Assembly: GCF_009914755.1 (NCBI RefSeq)
Contig: NC_060931.1
Origin: the human T2T-CHM13v2.0 reference genome, Homo sapiens
Strand: one strand, 5' to 3'
Length of the DNA stretch: 64,000 bases
The position numbers were made by a program, and so were the translations under genes. Positions 27,101-41,300 of this stretch are shown one piece after another; the first letter of the stretch is position 1, and each line of letters begins with the position of its first letter. The notes below the pieces were generated by a model, which saw nothing but the letters and a program-made list of their open reading frames with translations, did no database searches and was not told the DNA's origin.

Positions 27101-29944
27101 TGGACCTCTTTGAGGCCTTCGTTGCAAACGGGGTTTCTTCCTTTCATGCTAGACTAAGAAGAGTTCTCAGTAACTTTTTTGTGTTGTGTGTATTCAACTC
27201 ACAGAGTTGAACCTTGCTTTAGAGAGAGCAGATTTGAAACACTCTTGCTGTGGCATTTTCAGGTGGAGATTTCAAGCGATTTGAGGACAATTGCAGAAAA
27301 GGAAATATCTTCGTATAATAACCAGACAGAATCATTCTCAGAAAGTGCTTTGTGATGTGTGCGTTCAACTCACAGAGTTTAACCTTTCTTTTCATAGAGG
27401 AGTTTGGAAACACACTGTTTGTAAAGTCTGCAATTGGATATATGGACCTGTTTGAGGCCTCCGTTGGAAACGGGATTTCTTCATTGAATGCTAGACGGAA
27501 GAATTCTCAGTAAATTCTTTGTGTTGTGTGCATTCAACTCAGAGAGTGGAACGTCCCTTTAGACAGAGCAGATTTGAAACACTCTTTTTGCGGAATTTGC
27601 AAGTGGAGATTTCTAGCCATTTGATGCCAACAGTAGAAAGGGAAATATCTTCAAATAAAAACCAGACAGAATCATTCTCAGAAAATTCTTTGTGATGTGT
27701 GCGTTCAACTCACATAGTTTAACCTTTCTTTTCATAGAGCAGTTTGGAAACACTCTGTTTGTAAAGTCTGCAAGTGGATATATGGACCGCATTGAGGCCT
27801 TCGTTGGAAACGGGATTTCTTCATTTCATGCTAGACAGAAGAATTCTCAGTAACTTCTTTGTGCTGTGTGTATTCAACTCACAGAGTGGAACGTCCCTTT
27901 GCACAGAGCAGATTTGAAACACTCTTTTTGTGGAGTTTGCAAGTGGAGATTTCAAGCGATTTGATGCCAACAGTAGAAAAGGAAATATCTTCAAATAAAA
28001 ACTAGACAGAATCATTCTCAGGAACTACTTTGTGATGTGTGCCTTCAACTCACAGAGTTTAACCTTTCTTTTCTTAGAGCAGTTTAGAAACACTCTGCTT
28101 GTTATGTCTGCAAGTGGATATTTGGACCTCTTTGAGGCCTTCGTTGCAAACGGGGTTTCTTCCTTTAATGCTAGACTAAGAAGAGTTCTCAGTAACTTTT
28201 TTGTGTTGTGTGTATTCAACTCACAGAGTTGAACCTTGCTTTAGAGAGAGCAGATTTGAAACACTCTTGCTGTGGAATTTTCAGGTGGAGATTTCAAGCG
28301 ATTTGAGGACAATTGCAGAAAAGGAAATATCTTCGTATAATAACCAGACAGAATCATTCTCAGAAAGTGCTTTGTGATGTGTGCGTTCAACTCACAGAGT
28401 TTAACCTTTCGTTTCATAGAGGAGCTTGGAAACACACTGTTTGTAAAGTCTGCAATTGGATATATGGACCTGTTTGAGGCCTCCGTTGGAAACGGGATTT
28501 CTTCATTGAATGCTAGACGGAAGAATTCTCAGTAAATTCTTTGTGTTGTGTGCATTGAACTCACAGAGTGGAACGTCCCTTTAGACAGAGCAGATTTGAA
28601 ACACTCTTTTTGCGGAATTTGCAAGTGGAGATTTCTAGCCATTTGATGCCAACAGTAGAAAGGGAAATATCTTCAAATAAAAACCAGACAGAATCATTCT
28701 CAGAAAATTCTTTGTGATGTGTGCGTTCAACTCACATAGTTTAACCTTTCTTTTCATAGAGCAGTTTGGAAACACTCTGTTTGTAAAGTCTGCAAGTGGA
28801 TATATGGACCGCATTGAGGCCTTCGTTGGAAACGGGATTTCTTCATTTCATGCTAGACAGAAGAATTCTCAGTAACTTCTTTGTGCTGTGTGTATTCAAC
28901 TCACAGAGTGGAACGTCCCTTTGCACAGAGCAGATTTGAAACACTCTTTTTGTGGAGTTTGCAAGTGGAGATTTCAAGCGATTTGATGCCAACAGTAGAA
29001 AAGGAAATATCTTCAAATAAAAACTAGACAGAATCATTCTCAGAAACTACTTTGTGATGTGTGCCTTCAACTCACAGAGTTTAACCTTTCTTTTCTTAGA
29101 GCAGTTTAGAAACACTCTGCTTGTTATGTCTGCAAGTGGATATTTGGACCTCTTTGAGGCCTTCGTTGCAAACGGGGTTTCTTCCTTTCATGCTAGACTA
29201 AGAAGAGTTCTCAGTAACTTTTTTGTGTTGTGTGTATTCAACTCACAGAGTTGAACCTTGCTTTAGAGAGAGCAGATTTGAAACACTCTTGCTGTGGCAT
29301 TTTCAGGTGGAGATTTCAAGCGATTTGAGGACAATTGCAGAAAAGGAAATATCTTCGTATAATAACCAGACAGAATCATTCTCAGAAAGTGCTTTGTGAT
29401 GTGTGCGTTCAACTCACAGAGTTTAACCTTTCTTTTCATAGAGGAGTTTGGAAACACACTGTTTGTAAAGTCTGCAATTGGATATATGGACCTGTTTGAG
29501 GCCTTCGTTGGAAACGGGATTTCTTCATTGAATGCTAGACGGAAGAATTCTCAGTAAATTCTTTGTGTTGTGTGCATTCAACTCACAGAGTGGAACGTCC
29601 CTTTAGACAGAGCAGATTTGAAACACTCTTTTTGCGGAATTTGCAAGTGGAGATTTCTAGCCATTTGATGCCAACAGTAGAAAGGGAAATATCTTCAAAT
29701 AAAAACCAGACAGAATCATTCTCAGAAAATTCTTTGTGATGTGTGCGTTCAACTCACATAGTTTAACCTTTCTTTTCATAGAGCAGTTTGGAAACACTCT
29801 GTTTGTAAAGTCTGCAAGTGGATATATGGACCGCATTGAGGCCTTCGTTGGAAACGGGATTTCTTCATTTCATGCTAGACAGAAGAATTCTCAGTAACTT
29901 CTTTGTGCTGTGTGTATTCAACTCACAGAGTGGAACGTCCCTTT
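9194..29944 (+). repeat. Tandem duplication of a 9-HOR block, period 9198 bp (~2.25 copies)
   Basis: Markers recur at +9198: TTTGCCAGT (11589/20787), GACTCATTC (12001/21199), CTCCTTTGG (14173/23371), GAACCGGG (~14524/~23722), TCTTCAAG (~14824/~24022), GACCTGTTT in dimer 1 (16547/25745), CAGTATAAA (~17756/~26954), TTTCGTTTC (10015/19213/28411). Confidence 0.93.
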
Positions 29945-32900
29945 ACACAGAGCAGATTTGAAACACTCTTTTTGTGGAGTTTGCAAGTGGAGATTTCAAG
30001 CGATTTGATGCCAACAGTAGAAAAGGAAGTATCTTCAAATAAAAACTAGACAGAATCATTCTCAGAAACTACTTTGTGATGTGTGCCTTCAACTCACAGA
30101 GTTTAACCTTTCTTTTCTTAGAGCAGTTTAGAAACACTCTGCTTGTTATGTCTGCAAGTGGATATTTGGACCTCTTTGAGGCCTTCGTTGCAAACGGGGT
30201 TTCTTCCTTTAATGCTAGACTAAGAAGAGTTCTCAGTAACTTTTTTGTGTTGTGTGTATTCAACTCACAGAGTTGAACCTTGCTTTAGAGAGAGCAGATT
30301 TGAAACACTCTCGCTGTGGAATTTTCAGGTGGAGATTTCAAGCGATTTGAGGACAATTGCAGAAAAGGAAATATCTTCGTATAATAACCAGACAGAATCA
30401 TTCTCAGAAAGTGCTTTGTGATGTGTGCGTTCAACTCACAGAGTTTAACCTTTCTTTTCATAGAGGAGTTTGGAAACACACTGTTTGTAAAGTCTGCAAT
30501 TGGATATATGGACCTGTTTGAGGCCTCCGTTGGAAACGGGATTTCTTCATTGAATGCTAGACGGAAGAATTCTCAGTAAATTCTTTGTGTTGTGTGCATT
30601 CAACTCACAGAGTGGAACGTCCCTTTAGACAGAGCAGATTTGAAACACTCTTTTTGCGGAATTTGCAAGTGGAGATTTCTAGCCATTTGATGTCAACAGT
30701 AGAAAGGGAAATATCTTCAAATAAAAACCAGACAGAATCATTCTCAGAAAATTCTTTGTGATGTGTGCGTTCAACTCACATAGTTTAACCTTTCTTTTCA
30801 TAGAGCAGTTTGGAAACACTCTGTTTGTAAAGTCTGCAAGTGGATATATGGACCGCATTGAGGCCTTCGTTGGAAACGGGATTTCTTCATTTCATGCTAG
30901 ACAGAGGAATTCTCAGTAACTTCTTTGTGCTGTGTGTATTCAACTCACAGAGTGGAACGTCCCTTTGCACAGAGCAGATTTGAAACACTCTTTTTGTGGA
31001 GTTTGCAAGTGGAGATTTCAAGCGATTTGATGCCAACAGTAGAAAATGAAATATCTTCAAATAAAAACTAGACAGAATCATTCTCAGAAACTACTTTGTG
31101 ATGTGTGCCTTCAACTCACAGAGTTTAACCTTTCTTTTCTTAGAGCAGTTTAGAAACACTCTGCTTGTTATGTCTGCAAGTGGATATTTGGACCTCTTTG
31201 AGGCCTTCGTTGCAAACGGGGTTTCTTCCTTTCATGCTAGACTAAGAAGAGTTCTCAGTAACTTTTTTGTGTTGTGTGTATTCAACTCACAGAGTTGAAC
31301 CTTGCTTTAGAGAGAGCAGATTTGAAACACTCTTGCTGTGGCATTTTCAGGTGGAGATTTCAAGCGATTTGAGGACAATTGCAGAAAAGGAAATATCTTC
31401 GTATAATAACCAGACAGAATCATTCTCAGAAAGTGCTTTGTGATGTGTGCGTTCAACTCACAGAGTTTAACCTTTCTTTTCATAGAGGAGTTTGGAAACA
31501 CACTGTTTGTAAAGTCTGCAATTGGATATATGGACCTGTTTGAGGCCTTCGTTGGAAACGGGATTTCTTCATTGAATGCTAGACGGAAGAATTCTCAGTA
31601 AATTCTTTGTGTTGTGTGCATTCAACTCACAGAGTGGAACGTCCCTTTAGACAGAGCAGATTTGAAACACTCTTTTTGCGGAATTTGCAAGTGGAGATTT
31701 CTAGCCATTTGATGTCAACAGTAGAAAGGGAAATATCTTCAAATAAAAACCAGACAGAATCATTCTCAGAAAATTCTTTGTGATGTGTGCGTTTAACTCA
31801 CATAGTTTAACCTTTCTTTTCATAGAGCAGTTTGGAAACACTCTGTTTGTAAAGTCTGCAAGTGGATATATGGACCGCATTGAGGCCTTCGTTGGAAACG
31901 GGATTTCTTCATTTCATGCTAGACAGAAGAATTCTCAGTAACTTCTTTGTGCTGTGTGTATTCAACTCACAGAGTGGAACGTCCCTTTACACAGAGCAGA
32001 TTTGAAACACTCTTTTTGTGGAGTTTGCAAGTGGAGATTTCAAGCGATTTGATGCCAACAGTAGAAAAGGAAGTATCTTCAAATAAAAACTAGACAGAAT
32101 CATTCTCAGAAACTACTTTGTGATGTGTGCCTTCAACTCACAGAGTTTAACCTTTCTTTTCTTAGAGCAGTTTAGAAACACTCTGCTTGTTATGTCTGCA
32201 AGTGGATATTTGGACCTCTTTGAGGCCTTCGTTGCAAACGGGGTTTCTTCCTTTAATGCTAGACTAAGAAGAGTTCTCAGTAACTTTTTTGTGTTGTGTG
32301 TATTCAACTCACAGAGTTGAACCTTGCTTTAGAGAGAGCAGATTTGAAACACTCTCGCTGTGGAATTTTCAGGTGGAGATTTCAAGCGATTTGAGGACAA
32401 TTGCAGAAAAGGAAATATCTTCGTATAATAACCAGACAGAATCATTCTCAGAAAGTGCTTTGTGATGTGTGCGTTCAACTCACAGAGTTTAACCTTTCTT
32501 TTCATAGAGGAGTTTGGAAACACACTGTTTGTAAAGTCTGCAATTGGATATATGGACCTGTTTGAGGCCTCCGTTGGAAACGGGATTTCTTCATTGAATG
32601 CTAGACGGAAGAATTCTCAGTAAATTCTTTGTGTTGTGTGCATTCAACTCACAGAGTGGAACGTCCCTTTAGACAGAGCAGATTTGAAACACTCTTTTTG
32701 CGGAATTTGCAAGTGGAGATTTCTAGCCATTTGATGTCAACAGTAGAAAGGGAAATATCTTCAAATAAAAACCAGACAGAATCATTCTCAGAAAATTCTT
32801 TGTGATGTGTGCGTTCAACTCACATAGTTTAACCTTTCTTTTCATAGAGCAGTTTGGAAACACTCTGTTTGTAAAGTCTGCAAGTGGATATATGGACCGC

Positions 32901-33909
32901 ATTGAGGCCTTCGTTGGAAACGGGATTTCTTCATTTCATGCTAGACAGAAGAATTCTCAGTAACTTCTTTGTGCTGTGTGTATTCAACTCACAGAGTGGA
33001 ACGTCCCTTTGCACAGAGCAGATTTGAAACACTCTTTTTGTGGAGTTTGCAAGTGGAGATTTCAAGCGATTTGATGCCAACAGTAGAAAAGGAAGTATCT
33101 TCAAATAAAAACTAGACAGAATCATTCTCAGAAACTACTTTGTGATGTGTGCCTTCAACTCACCGAGTTTAACCTTTCTTTTCTGAGAGCAGCTTAGAAA
33201 CACTCTGCTTGTTATGTCTGCAAGTTGATATTTGGACCTCTTTGAGGCCTTCGTTGCAAACGGGGTTTCTTCCTTTAATGCTAGACTAAGAAGAGTTCTC
33301 AGTAACTTTTTTGTGTTGTGTGTATTCAACTCACAGAGTTGAACCTTGCTTTAGAGAGAGCAGATTTGAAACACTCTTGCTGTGGCATTTTCAGGTGGAG
33401 ATTTCAAGCGATTTGAGGACAATTGCAGAAAAGGAAATATCTTCGTATAATAACCAGACAGAATCATTCTCAGAAAGTGCTTTGTGATGTGTGCATTCAA
33501 CTCACAGAGTTTAACCTTTCTTTTCGTAGAGGAGTTTGGAAACACACTGTTTGTAATGTCTGCAATTGGATATATGGACCTGTTTGAGGCCTTCGTTGGA
33601 AACGGGATTTCTTCATTGAATGCTAGACGGAAGAATTCTCAGTAAATTCTTTGTGTTGTGTGCATTCAACTCACAGAGTGGAACGTCCCTTTAGACAGTG
33701 CAGATTTGAAACACTTTTTGGCGGAATTTGCAAGTGGAGATTTCTAGCCATTTGATGCCAACAGTAGAAAGGGAAATATCTTCAAATAAAAACCAGACAG
33801 AATCATTCTCAGAAAATTCTTTGTGATGTGTGCGTTCAACTCACATAGTTTAACCTTTCTTTTCATAGAGCAGTTTGGAAACACTCTGTTTGTAAAGTCT
33901 GCAAGTGTA

Positions 33910-36900
33910 TATATGGACCGCATTGAGGCCTTCGTTGGAAACGGGATTTCTTCATTTCATGCTAGACAGAAGAATTCTCAGTAACTTCTTTGTGCTGTGT
34001 GTATTCAACTCACAGAGTGGAACGTCCCTTTACACAGAGCAGATTTGAAACACTCTTTTTGTGGAGTTTGCAAGTGGAGATTTCAAGCGATTTGATGCCA
34101 ACAGTAGAAAAGGAAATATCTTCAAATAAAAACTAGACAGAATCATTCTCAGAAACTACTTTGTGATGTGTGCCTTCAACTCACAGAGTTTAACCTTTCT
34201 TTTCTTAGAGCAGTTTAGAAACACTCTGCTTGTTATGTCTGCAAGTGGATATTTGGACCTCTTTGAGGCCTTCGTTGCAAACGGGGTTTCTTCCTTTAAT
34301 GCTAGACTAAGAAGAGTTCTCAGTAACTTTTTTGTGTTGTGTGTATTCAACTCACAGAGTTGAACCTTGCTTTAGAGAGAGCAGATTTGAAACACTCTCG
34401 CTGTGGAATTTTCAGGTGGAGATTTCAAGCGATTTGAGGACAATTGCAGAAAAGGAAATATCTTCGTATAATAACCAGACAGAATCATTCTCAGAAAGTG
34501 CTTTGTGATGTGTGCGTTCAACTCACAGAGTTTAACCTTTCTTTTCATAGAGGAGTTTGGAAACACACTGTTTGTAAAGTCTGCAATTGGATATATGGAC
34601 CTGTTTGAGGCCTTCGTTGGAAACGGGATTTCTTCATTGAATGCTAGACGGAAGGATTCTCAGTAAATTCTTTGTGTTGAGTGCATTCAACTCACAGAGT
34701 GGAACGTCCCTTTAGACAGAGCAGATTTGAAACACTCTTTTTGCGGAATTTGCAAGTGGAGATTTCTAGCCATTTGATGCCAACAGTAGAAAGGGAAATA
34801 TCTTCAAATAAAAACCAGACAGAATCATTCTCAGAAAATTCTTTGTGATGTGTGCGTTCAACTCACATAGTTTAACCTTTCTTTTCATAGAGCAGTTTGG
34901 AAACACTCTGTTTGTAAAGTCTGCAAGTGGATATATGGACCGCATTGAGGCCTTCGTTGGAAACGGGATTTCTTCATTTCATACTAGACAGAAGAATTCT
35001 CAGTATCTTCTTTGTGCTGTGTGTATTCAACTCACAGAGTGGAACGTCCCTTTGCACAGAGCAGATTTGAAACACTCTTTTTGTGGAGTTTGCAAGTGGA
35101 GATTTCAAGCGATTTGATGCCAACAGTAGAAAAGGAAATATCTTCAAATAAAAACTAGACAGAATCATTCTCAGAAACTACTTTCTGATGTGTGCCTTTA
35201 ACTCACAGAGTTTAACCTTTCTTTTCTTAGAGCAGTTTAGAAACACTCTGCTTGTTATGTCTGCAAGTGGATATTTGGACCTCTTTGAGGCCTTCGTTGC
35301 AAACGGGTTTTCTTCCTTTAATGCTAGACTAAGAAGAGTTCTCAGTAACTTTTTTGTGTTGTGTGTATTCAACTCACAGAGTTGAACCTTGCTTTAGAGA
35401 GAGCAGATTTGAAACACTCTTGCTGTGGCATTTTCAGGTGGAGATTTCAAGCGATTTGAGGACAATTGCAGAAAAGGAAATATCTTCGTATAATAACCAG
35501 ACAGAATCATTCTCAGAAAGTGCTTTGTGATGTGTGCGTTCAACTCACAGAGTTTAACCTTTCTTTTCATAGAGGAGTTTGGAAACACACTGTTTGTAAA
35601 GTCTGCAATTGGATATATGGACCTGTTTGAGGCCTCCGTTGGAAACGGGATTTCTTCATTCAATGCTAGACGGAAGAATTCTCAGTAAATTCTTTGTGTT
35701 GTGTGCATTCAACTCACAGAGTGGAACGTCCCTTTAGACAGAGCAGATTTGAAACACTCTTTTTGCGGAATTTGCAAGTGGAGATTTCTAGCCATTTGAT
35801 GCCAACAGTAGAAAGGGAAATATCTTCAAATAAAAACCAGACAGAATCATTCTCAGAAAATTCTTTGTGATGTGTGCGTTCAACTCACATAGTTTAACCT
35901 TTCTTTTCATAGAGCAGTTTGGAAACACTCTGTTTGTAAAGTCTGCAAGTGGATATATGGACCGCATTGAGGCCTTCGTTGGAAACGGGATTTCTTCATT
36001 TCATGCTAGACAGAAGAATTCTCAGTAACTTCTTTGTGCTGTGTGTATTCAACTCACAGAGTGGAACGTCCCTTTACACAGAGCAGATTTGAAACACTCT
36101 TTTTGTGGAGTTTGCAAGTGGAGATTTCAAGCGATTTGATGCCAACAGTAGAAAAGGAAATATCTTCAAATAAAAACTAGACAGAATCATTCTCAGAAAC
36201 TACTTTGTGATGTGTGCCTTCAACTCACAGAGTTTAACCTTTCTTTTCTTAGAGCAGTTTAGAAACACTCTGCTTGTTATGTCTGCAAGTGGATATTTGG
36301 ACCTCTTTGAGGCCTTCGTTGCAAACGGGGTTTCTTCCTTTAATGCTAGACTAAGAAGAGTTCTCAGTAACTTTTTTGTGTTGTGTGTATTCAACTCACA
36401 GAGTTGAACCTTGCTTTAGAGAGAGCAGATTTGAAACACTCTCGCTGTGGAATTTTCAGGTGGAGATTTCAAGCGATTTGAGGACAATTGCAGAAAAGGA
36501 AATATCTTCGTATAATAACCAGACAGAATCATTCTCAGAAAGTGCTTTGTGATGTGTGCGTTCAACTCACAGAGTTTAACCTTTCTTTTCATAGAGGAGT
36601 TTGGAAACACACTGTTTGTAAAGTCTGCAATTGGTTATATGGACCTGTTTGAGGCCTTCGTTGGAAACGGGATTTCTTCATTGAATGCTAGACGGAAGGA
36701 TTCTCAGTAAATTCTTTGTGTTGAGTGCATTCAACTCACAGAGTGGAACGTCCCTTTAGACAGAGCAGATTTGAAACACTCTTTTTGCGGAATTTGCAAG
36801 TGGAGATTTCTAGCCATTTGATGCCAACAGTAGAAAGGGAAATATCTTCAAATAAAAACCAGACAGAATCATTCTCAGAAAATTCTTTGTGATGTGTGCG

Positions 36901-38300
36901 TTCAACTCACATAGTTTAACCTTTCTTTTCATAGAGCAGTTTGGAAACACTCTGTTTGTAAAGTCTGCAAGTGGATATATGGACCGCATTGAGGCCTTCG
37001 TTGGAAATGGGATTTCTTCATTTCATACTAGACAGAAGAATTCTCAGTATCTTCTTTGTGCTGTGTGTATTCAACTCACAGAGTGGAACGTCCCTTTGCA
37101 CAGAGCAGATTTGAAACACTCTTTTTGTGGAGTTTGCAAGTGGAGATTTCAAGCGATTTGATGCCAACAGTAGAAAAGGAAATATCTTCAAATAAAAACT
37201 AGACAGAATCATTCTCAGAAACTACTTTCTGATGTGTGCCTTTAACTCACAGAGTTTAACCTTTCTTTTCTTAGAGCAGTTTAGAAACACTCTGCTTGTT
37301 ATGTCTGCAAGTGGATATTTGGACCTCTTTGAGGCCTTCGTTGCAAACGGGTTTTCTTCCTTTCATGCTAGACTAAGAAGAGTTCTCAGTAACTTTTTTG
37401 TGTTGTGTGTATTCAACTCACAGAGTTGAACCTTGCTTTAGAGAGAGCAGATTTGAAACACTCTTGCTGTGGCATTTTCAGGTGGAGATTTCAAGCGATT
37501 TGAGGACAATTGCAGAAAAGGAAATATCTTCGTATAATAACCAGACAGAATCATTCTCAGAAAGTGCTTTGTGATGTGTGCGTTCAACTCACAGAGTTTA
37601 ACCTTTCTTTTCATAGAGGAGTTTGGAAACACACTGTTTGTAAAGTCTGCAATTGGATATATGGACCTGTTTGAGGCCTCCGTTGGAAACGGGATTTCTT
37701 CATTGAATGCTAGACGGAAGAATTCTCAGTAAATTCTTTGTGTTGTGTGCATTCAACTCACAGAGTGGAACGTCCCTTTAGACAGAGCAGATTTGAAACA
37801 CTCTTTTTGCGGAATTTGCAAGTGGAGATTTCTAGCCATTTGATGCCAACAGTAGAAAGGGAAATATCTTCAAATAAAAACCAGACAGAATCATTCTCAG
37901 AAAATTCTTTGTGATGTGTGCGTTCAACTCACATAGTTTAACCTTTCTTTTCATAGAGCAGTTTGGAAACACTCTGTTTGTAAAGTCTGCAAGTGGATAT
38001 ATGGACCGCATTGAGGCCTTCGTTGGAAACGGGATTTCTTCATTTCATGCTAGACAGAAGAATTCTCAGTAACTTCTTTGTGCTGTGTGTATTCAACTCA
38101 CAGAGTGGAACGTCCCTTTACACAGAGCAGATTTGAAACACTCTTTTTGTGGAGTTTGCAAGTGGAGATTTCAAGCGATTTGATGCCAACAGTAGAAAAG
38201 GAAATATCTTCAAATAAAAACTAGACAGAATCATTCTCAGAAACTACTTTGTGATGTGTGCCTTCAACTCACAGAGTTTAACCTTTCTTTTCTTAGAGCA
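33910..38300 (+). repeat. Tandem duplication of a 2-HOR block, period 2044 bp
   Basis: GAAGGATTCT (EcoRI loss, ~34654/~36698), GTTGAGTGC, CATACTAG, CAGTATCTT, CTTTCTGATG and ACGGGTTTT all recur at +2044; the 90-aa spurious ORF appears at 34845 and 36889. Confidence 0.92.
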
Positions 38301-41300
38301 GCTTAGAAACACTCTGCTTGTTATGTCTGCAAGTGGATATTTGGACCTCTTTGAGGCCTTCGTTGCAAACGGGGTTTCTTCCTTTAATGCTAGACTAAGA
38401 AGAGTTCTCAGTAACTTTTTTGTGTTGTGTGTATTCAACTCACAGAGTTGAACCTTGCTTTAGAGAGAGCAGATTTGAAACACTCTTGCTGTGGCATTTT
38501 CAGGTGGAGATTTCAAGCGATTTGAGGACAATTGCAGAAAAGGAAATATCTTCGTATAATAACCAGACAGAATCATTCTCAGAAAGTGCTTTGTGATGTG
38601 TGCGTTCAACTCACAGAGTTTAACCTTTCTTTTCATAGAGGAGTTTGGAAACACACTGTTTGTAAAGTCTGCAATTGGATATATGGACCTGTTTGAGGCC
38701 TTCGTTGGAAACGGGATTTCTTCATTGAATGCTAGACGGAAGAATTCTCAGTAAATTCTTTGTGTTGTGTGCATTCAACTCACAGAGTGGAACGTCCCTT
38801 TAGACAGAGCAGATTTGAAACACTCTTTTTGCGGAATTTGCAAGTGGAGATTTCTAGCCATTTGATGCCAACAGTAGAAAGGGAAATATCTTCAAATAAA
38901 AACCAGACAGAATCATTCTCAGAAAATTCTTTGTGATGTGTGCGTTCAACTCACATAGTTTAACCTTTCTTTTCATAGAGCAGTTTGGAAACACTCTGTT
39001 TGTAAAGTCTGCAAGTGGATATATGGACCGCATTGAGGCCTTCGTTGGAAACGGGATTTCTTCATTTCATGCTAGACAGAAGAATTCTCAGTAACTTCTT
39101 TGTGCTGTGTGTATTCAACTCACAGAGTGGAACGTCCCTTTACACAGAGCAGATTTGAAACACTCTTTTTGTGGAGTTTGCAAGTGGAGATTTCAAGCGA
39201 TTTGATGCCAACAGTAGAAAAGGAAGTATCTTCAAATAAAAACTAGACAGAATCATTCTCAGAAACTACTTTATGATGTGTGCCTTCAACTCACAGAGTT
39301 TAACCTTTCTTTTCTTAGAGCAGTTTAGAAACACTCTGCTTGTTATGTCTGCAAGTGGATATTTGGACCTCTTTGAGGCCTTCGTTGCAAACGGGGTTTC
39401 TTCCTTTAATGCTAGACTAAGAAGAGTTCTCAGTAACTTTTTTGTGTTGTGTGTATTCAACTCACAGAGTTGAACCTTGCTTTAGAGAGAGCAGATTTGA
39501 AACACTCTCGCTGTGGAATTTTCAGGTGGAGATTTCAAGCGATTTGAGGACAATTGCAGAAAAGGAAATATCTTCGTATAATAACCAGACAGAATCATTC
39601 TCAGAAAGTGCTTTGTGATGTGTGCGTTCAACTCACAGAGTTTAACCTTTCTTTTCATAGAGGAGTTTGGAAACACACTGTTTGTAAAGTCTGCAATTGG
39701 ATATATGGACCTGTTTGAGGCCTCCGTTGGAAACGGGATTTCTTCATTGAATGCTAGACGGAAGAATTCTCAGTAAATTCTTTGTGTTGTGTGCATTCAA
39801 CTCACAGAGTGGAACGTCCCTTTAGACAGAGCAGATTTGAAACACTCTTTTTGCGGAATTTGCAAGTGGAGATTTCTAGCCATTTGATGTCAACAGTAGA
39901 AAGGGAAATATCTTCAAATAAAAACCAGACAGAATCATTCTCAGAAAATTCTTTGTGATGTGTGCGTTCAACTCACATAGTTTAACCTTTCTTTTCATAG
40001 AGCAGTTTGGAAACACTCTGTTTGTAAAGTCTGCAAGTGGATATATGGACCGCATTGAGGCCTTCGTTGGAAACGGGATTTCTTCATTTCATGCTAGACA
40101 GAAGAATTCTCAGTAACTTCTTTGTGCTGTGTGTATTCAACTCACAGAGTGGAACGTCCCTTTGCACAGAGCAGATTTGAAACACTCTTTTTGTGGAGTT
40201 TGCAAGTGGAGATTTCAAGCGATTTGATGCCAACAGTAGAAAAGGAAGTATGTTCAAATAAAAACTAGACAGAATCATTCTCAGAAACTACTTTGTGATG
40301 TGTGCCTTCAACTCACCGAGTTTAACCTTTCTTTTCTGAGAGCAGCTTAGAAACACTCTGCTTGTTATGTCTGCAAGTTGATATTTGGACCTCTTTGAGG
40401 CCTTCGTTGCAAACGGGGTTTCTTCCTTTAATGCTAGACTAAGAAGAGTTCTCAGTAACTTTTTTGTGTTGTGTGTATTCAACTCACAGAGTTGAACCTT
40501 GCTTTAGAGAGAGCAGATTTGAAACACTCTTGCTGTGGCATTTTCAGGTGGAGATTTCAAGCGATTTGAGGACAATTGCAGAAAAGGAAATATCTTCGTA
40601 TAATAACCAGACAGAATCATTCTCAGAAAGTGCTTTGTGATGTGTGCGTTCAACTCACAGAGTTTAACCTTTCTTTTCGTAGAGGAGTTTGGAAACACAC
40701 TGTTTGTAATGTCTGCAATTGGATATATGGACCTGTTTGAGGCCTTCGTTGGAAACGGGATTTCTTCATTGAATGCTAGACGGAAGAATTCTCAGTAAAT
40801 TCTTTGTGTTGTGTGCATTCAACTCACAGAGTGGAACGTCCCTTTAGACAGTGCAGATTTGAAACACTTTTTGGCGGAATTTGCAAGTGGAGATTTCTAG
40901 CCATTTGATGCCAACAGTAGAAAGGGAAATATCTTCAAATAAAAACCAGACAGAATCATTCTCAGAAAATTCTTTGTGATGTGTGCGTTCAACTCACATA
41001 GTTTAACCTTTCTTTTCATAGAGCAGTTTGGAAACACTCTGTTTGTAAAGTCTGCAAGTGTATATATGGACCGCATTGAGGCCTTCGTTGGAAACGGGAT
41101 TTCTTCATTTCATGCTAGACAGAAGAATTCTCAGTAACTTCTTTGTGCTGCGTGTATTCAACTCACAGAGTGGAACGTCCCTTTACACAGAGCAGATTTG
41201 AAACACTCTTTTTGTGGAGTTTGCAAGTGGAGATTTCAAGCGATTTGATGCCAACAGTAGAAAAGGAAATATCTTCAAATAAAAACTAGACAGAATCATT

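Noticed and set aside
34845-35663. Longer 89-90 aa ORFs (also 36889, 50172) and 67-aa ORFs at 55790 and 57833
   Set aside because: Created by point variants that remove stops or add an alternative start; useful only as haplotype markers.
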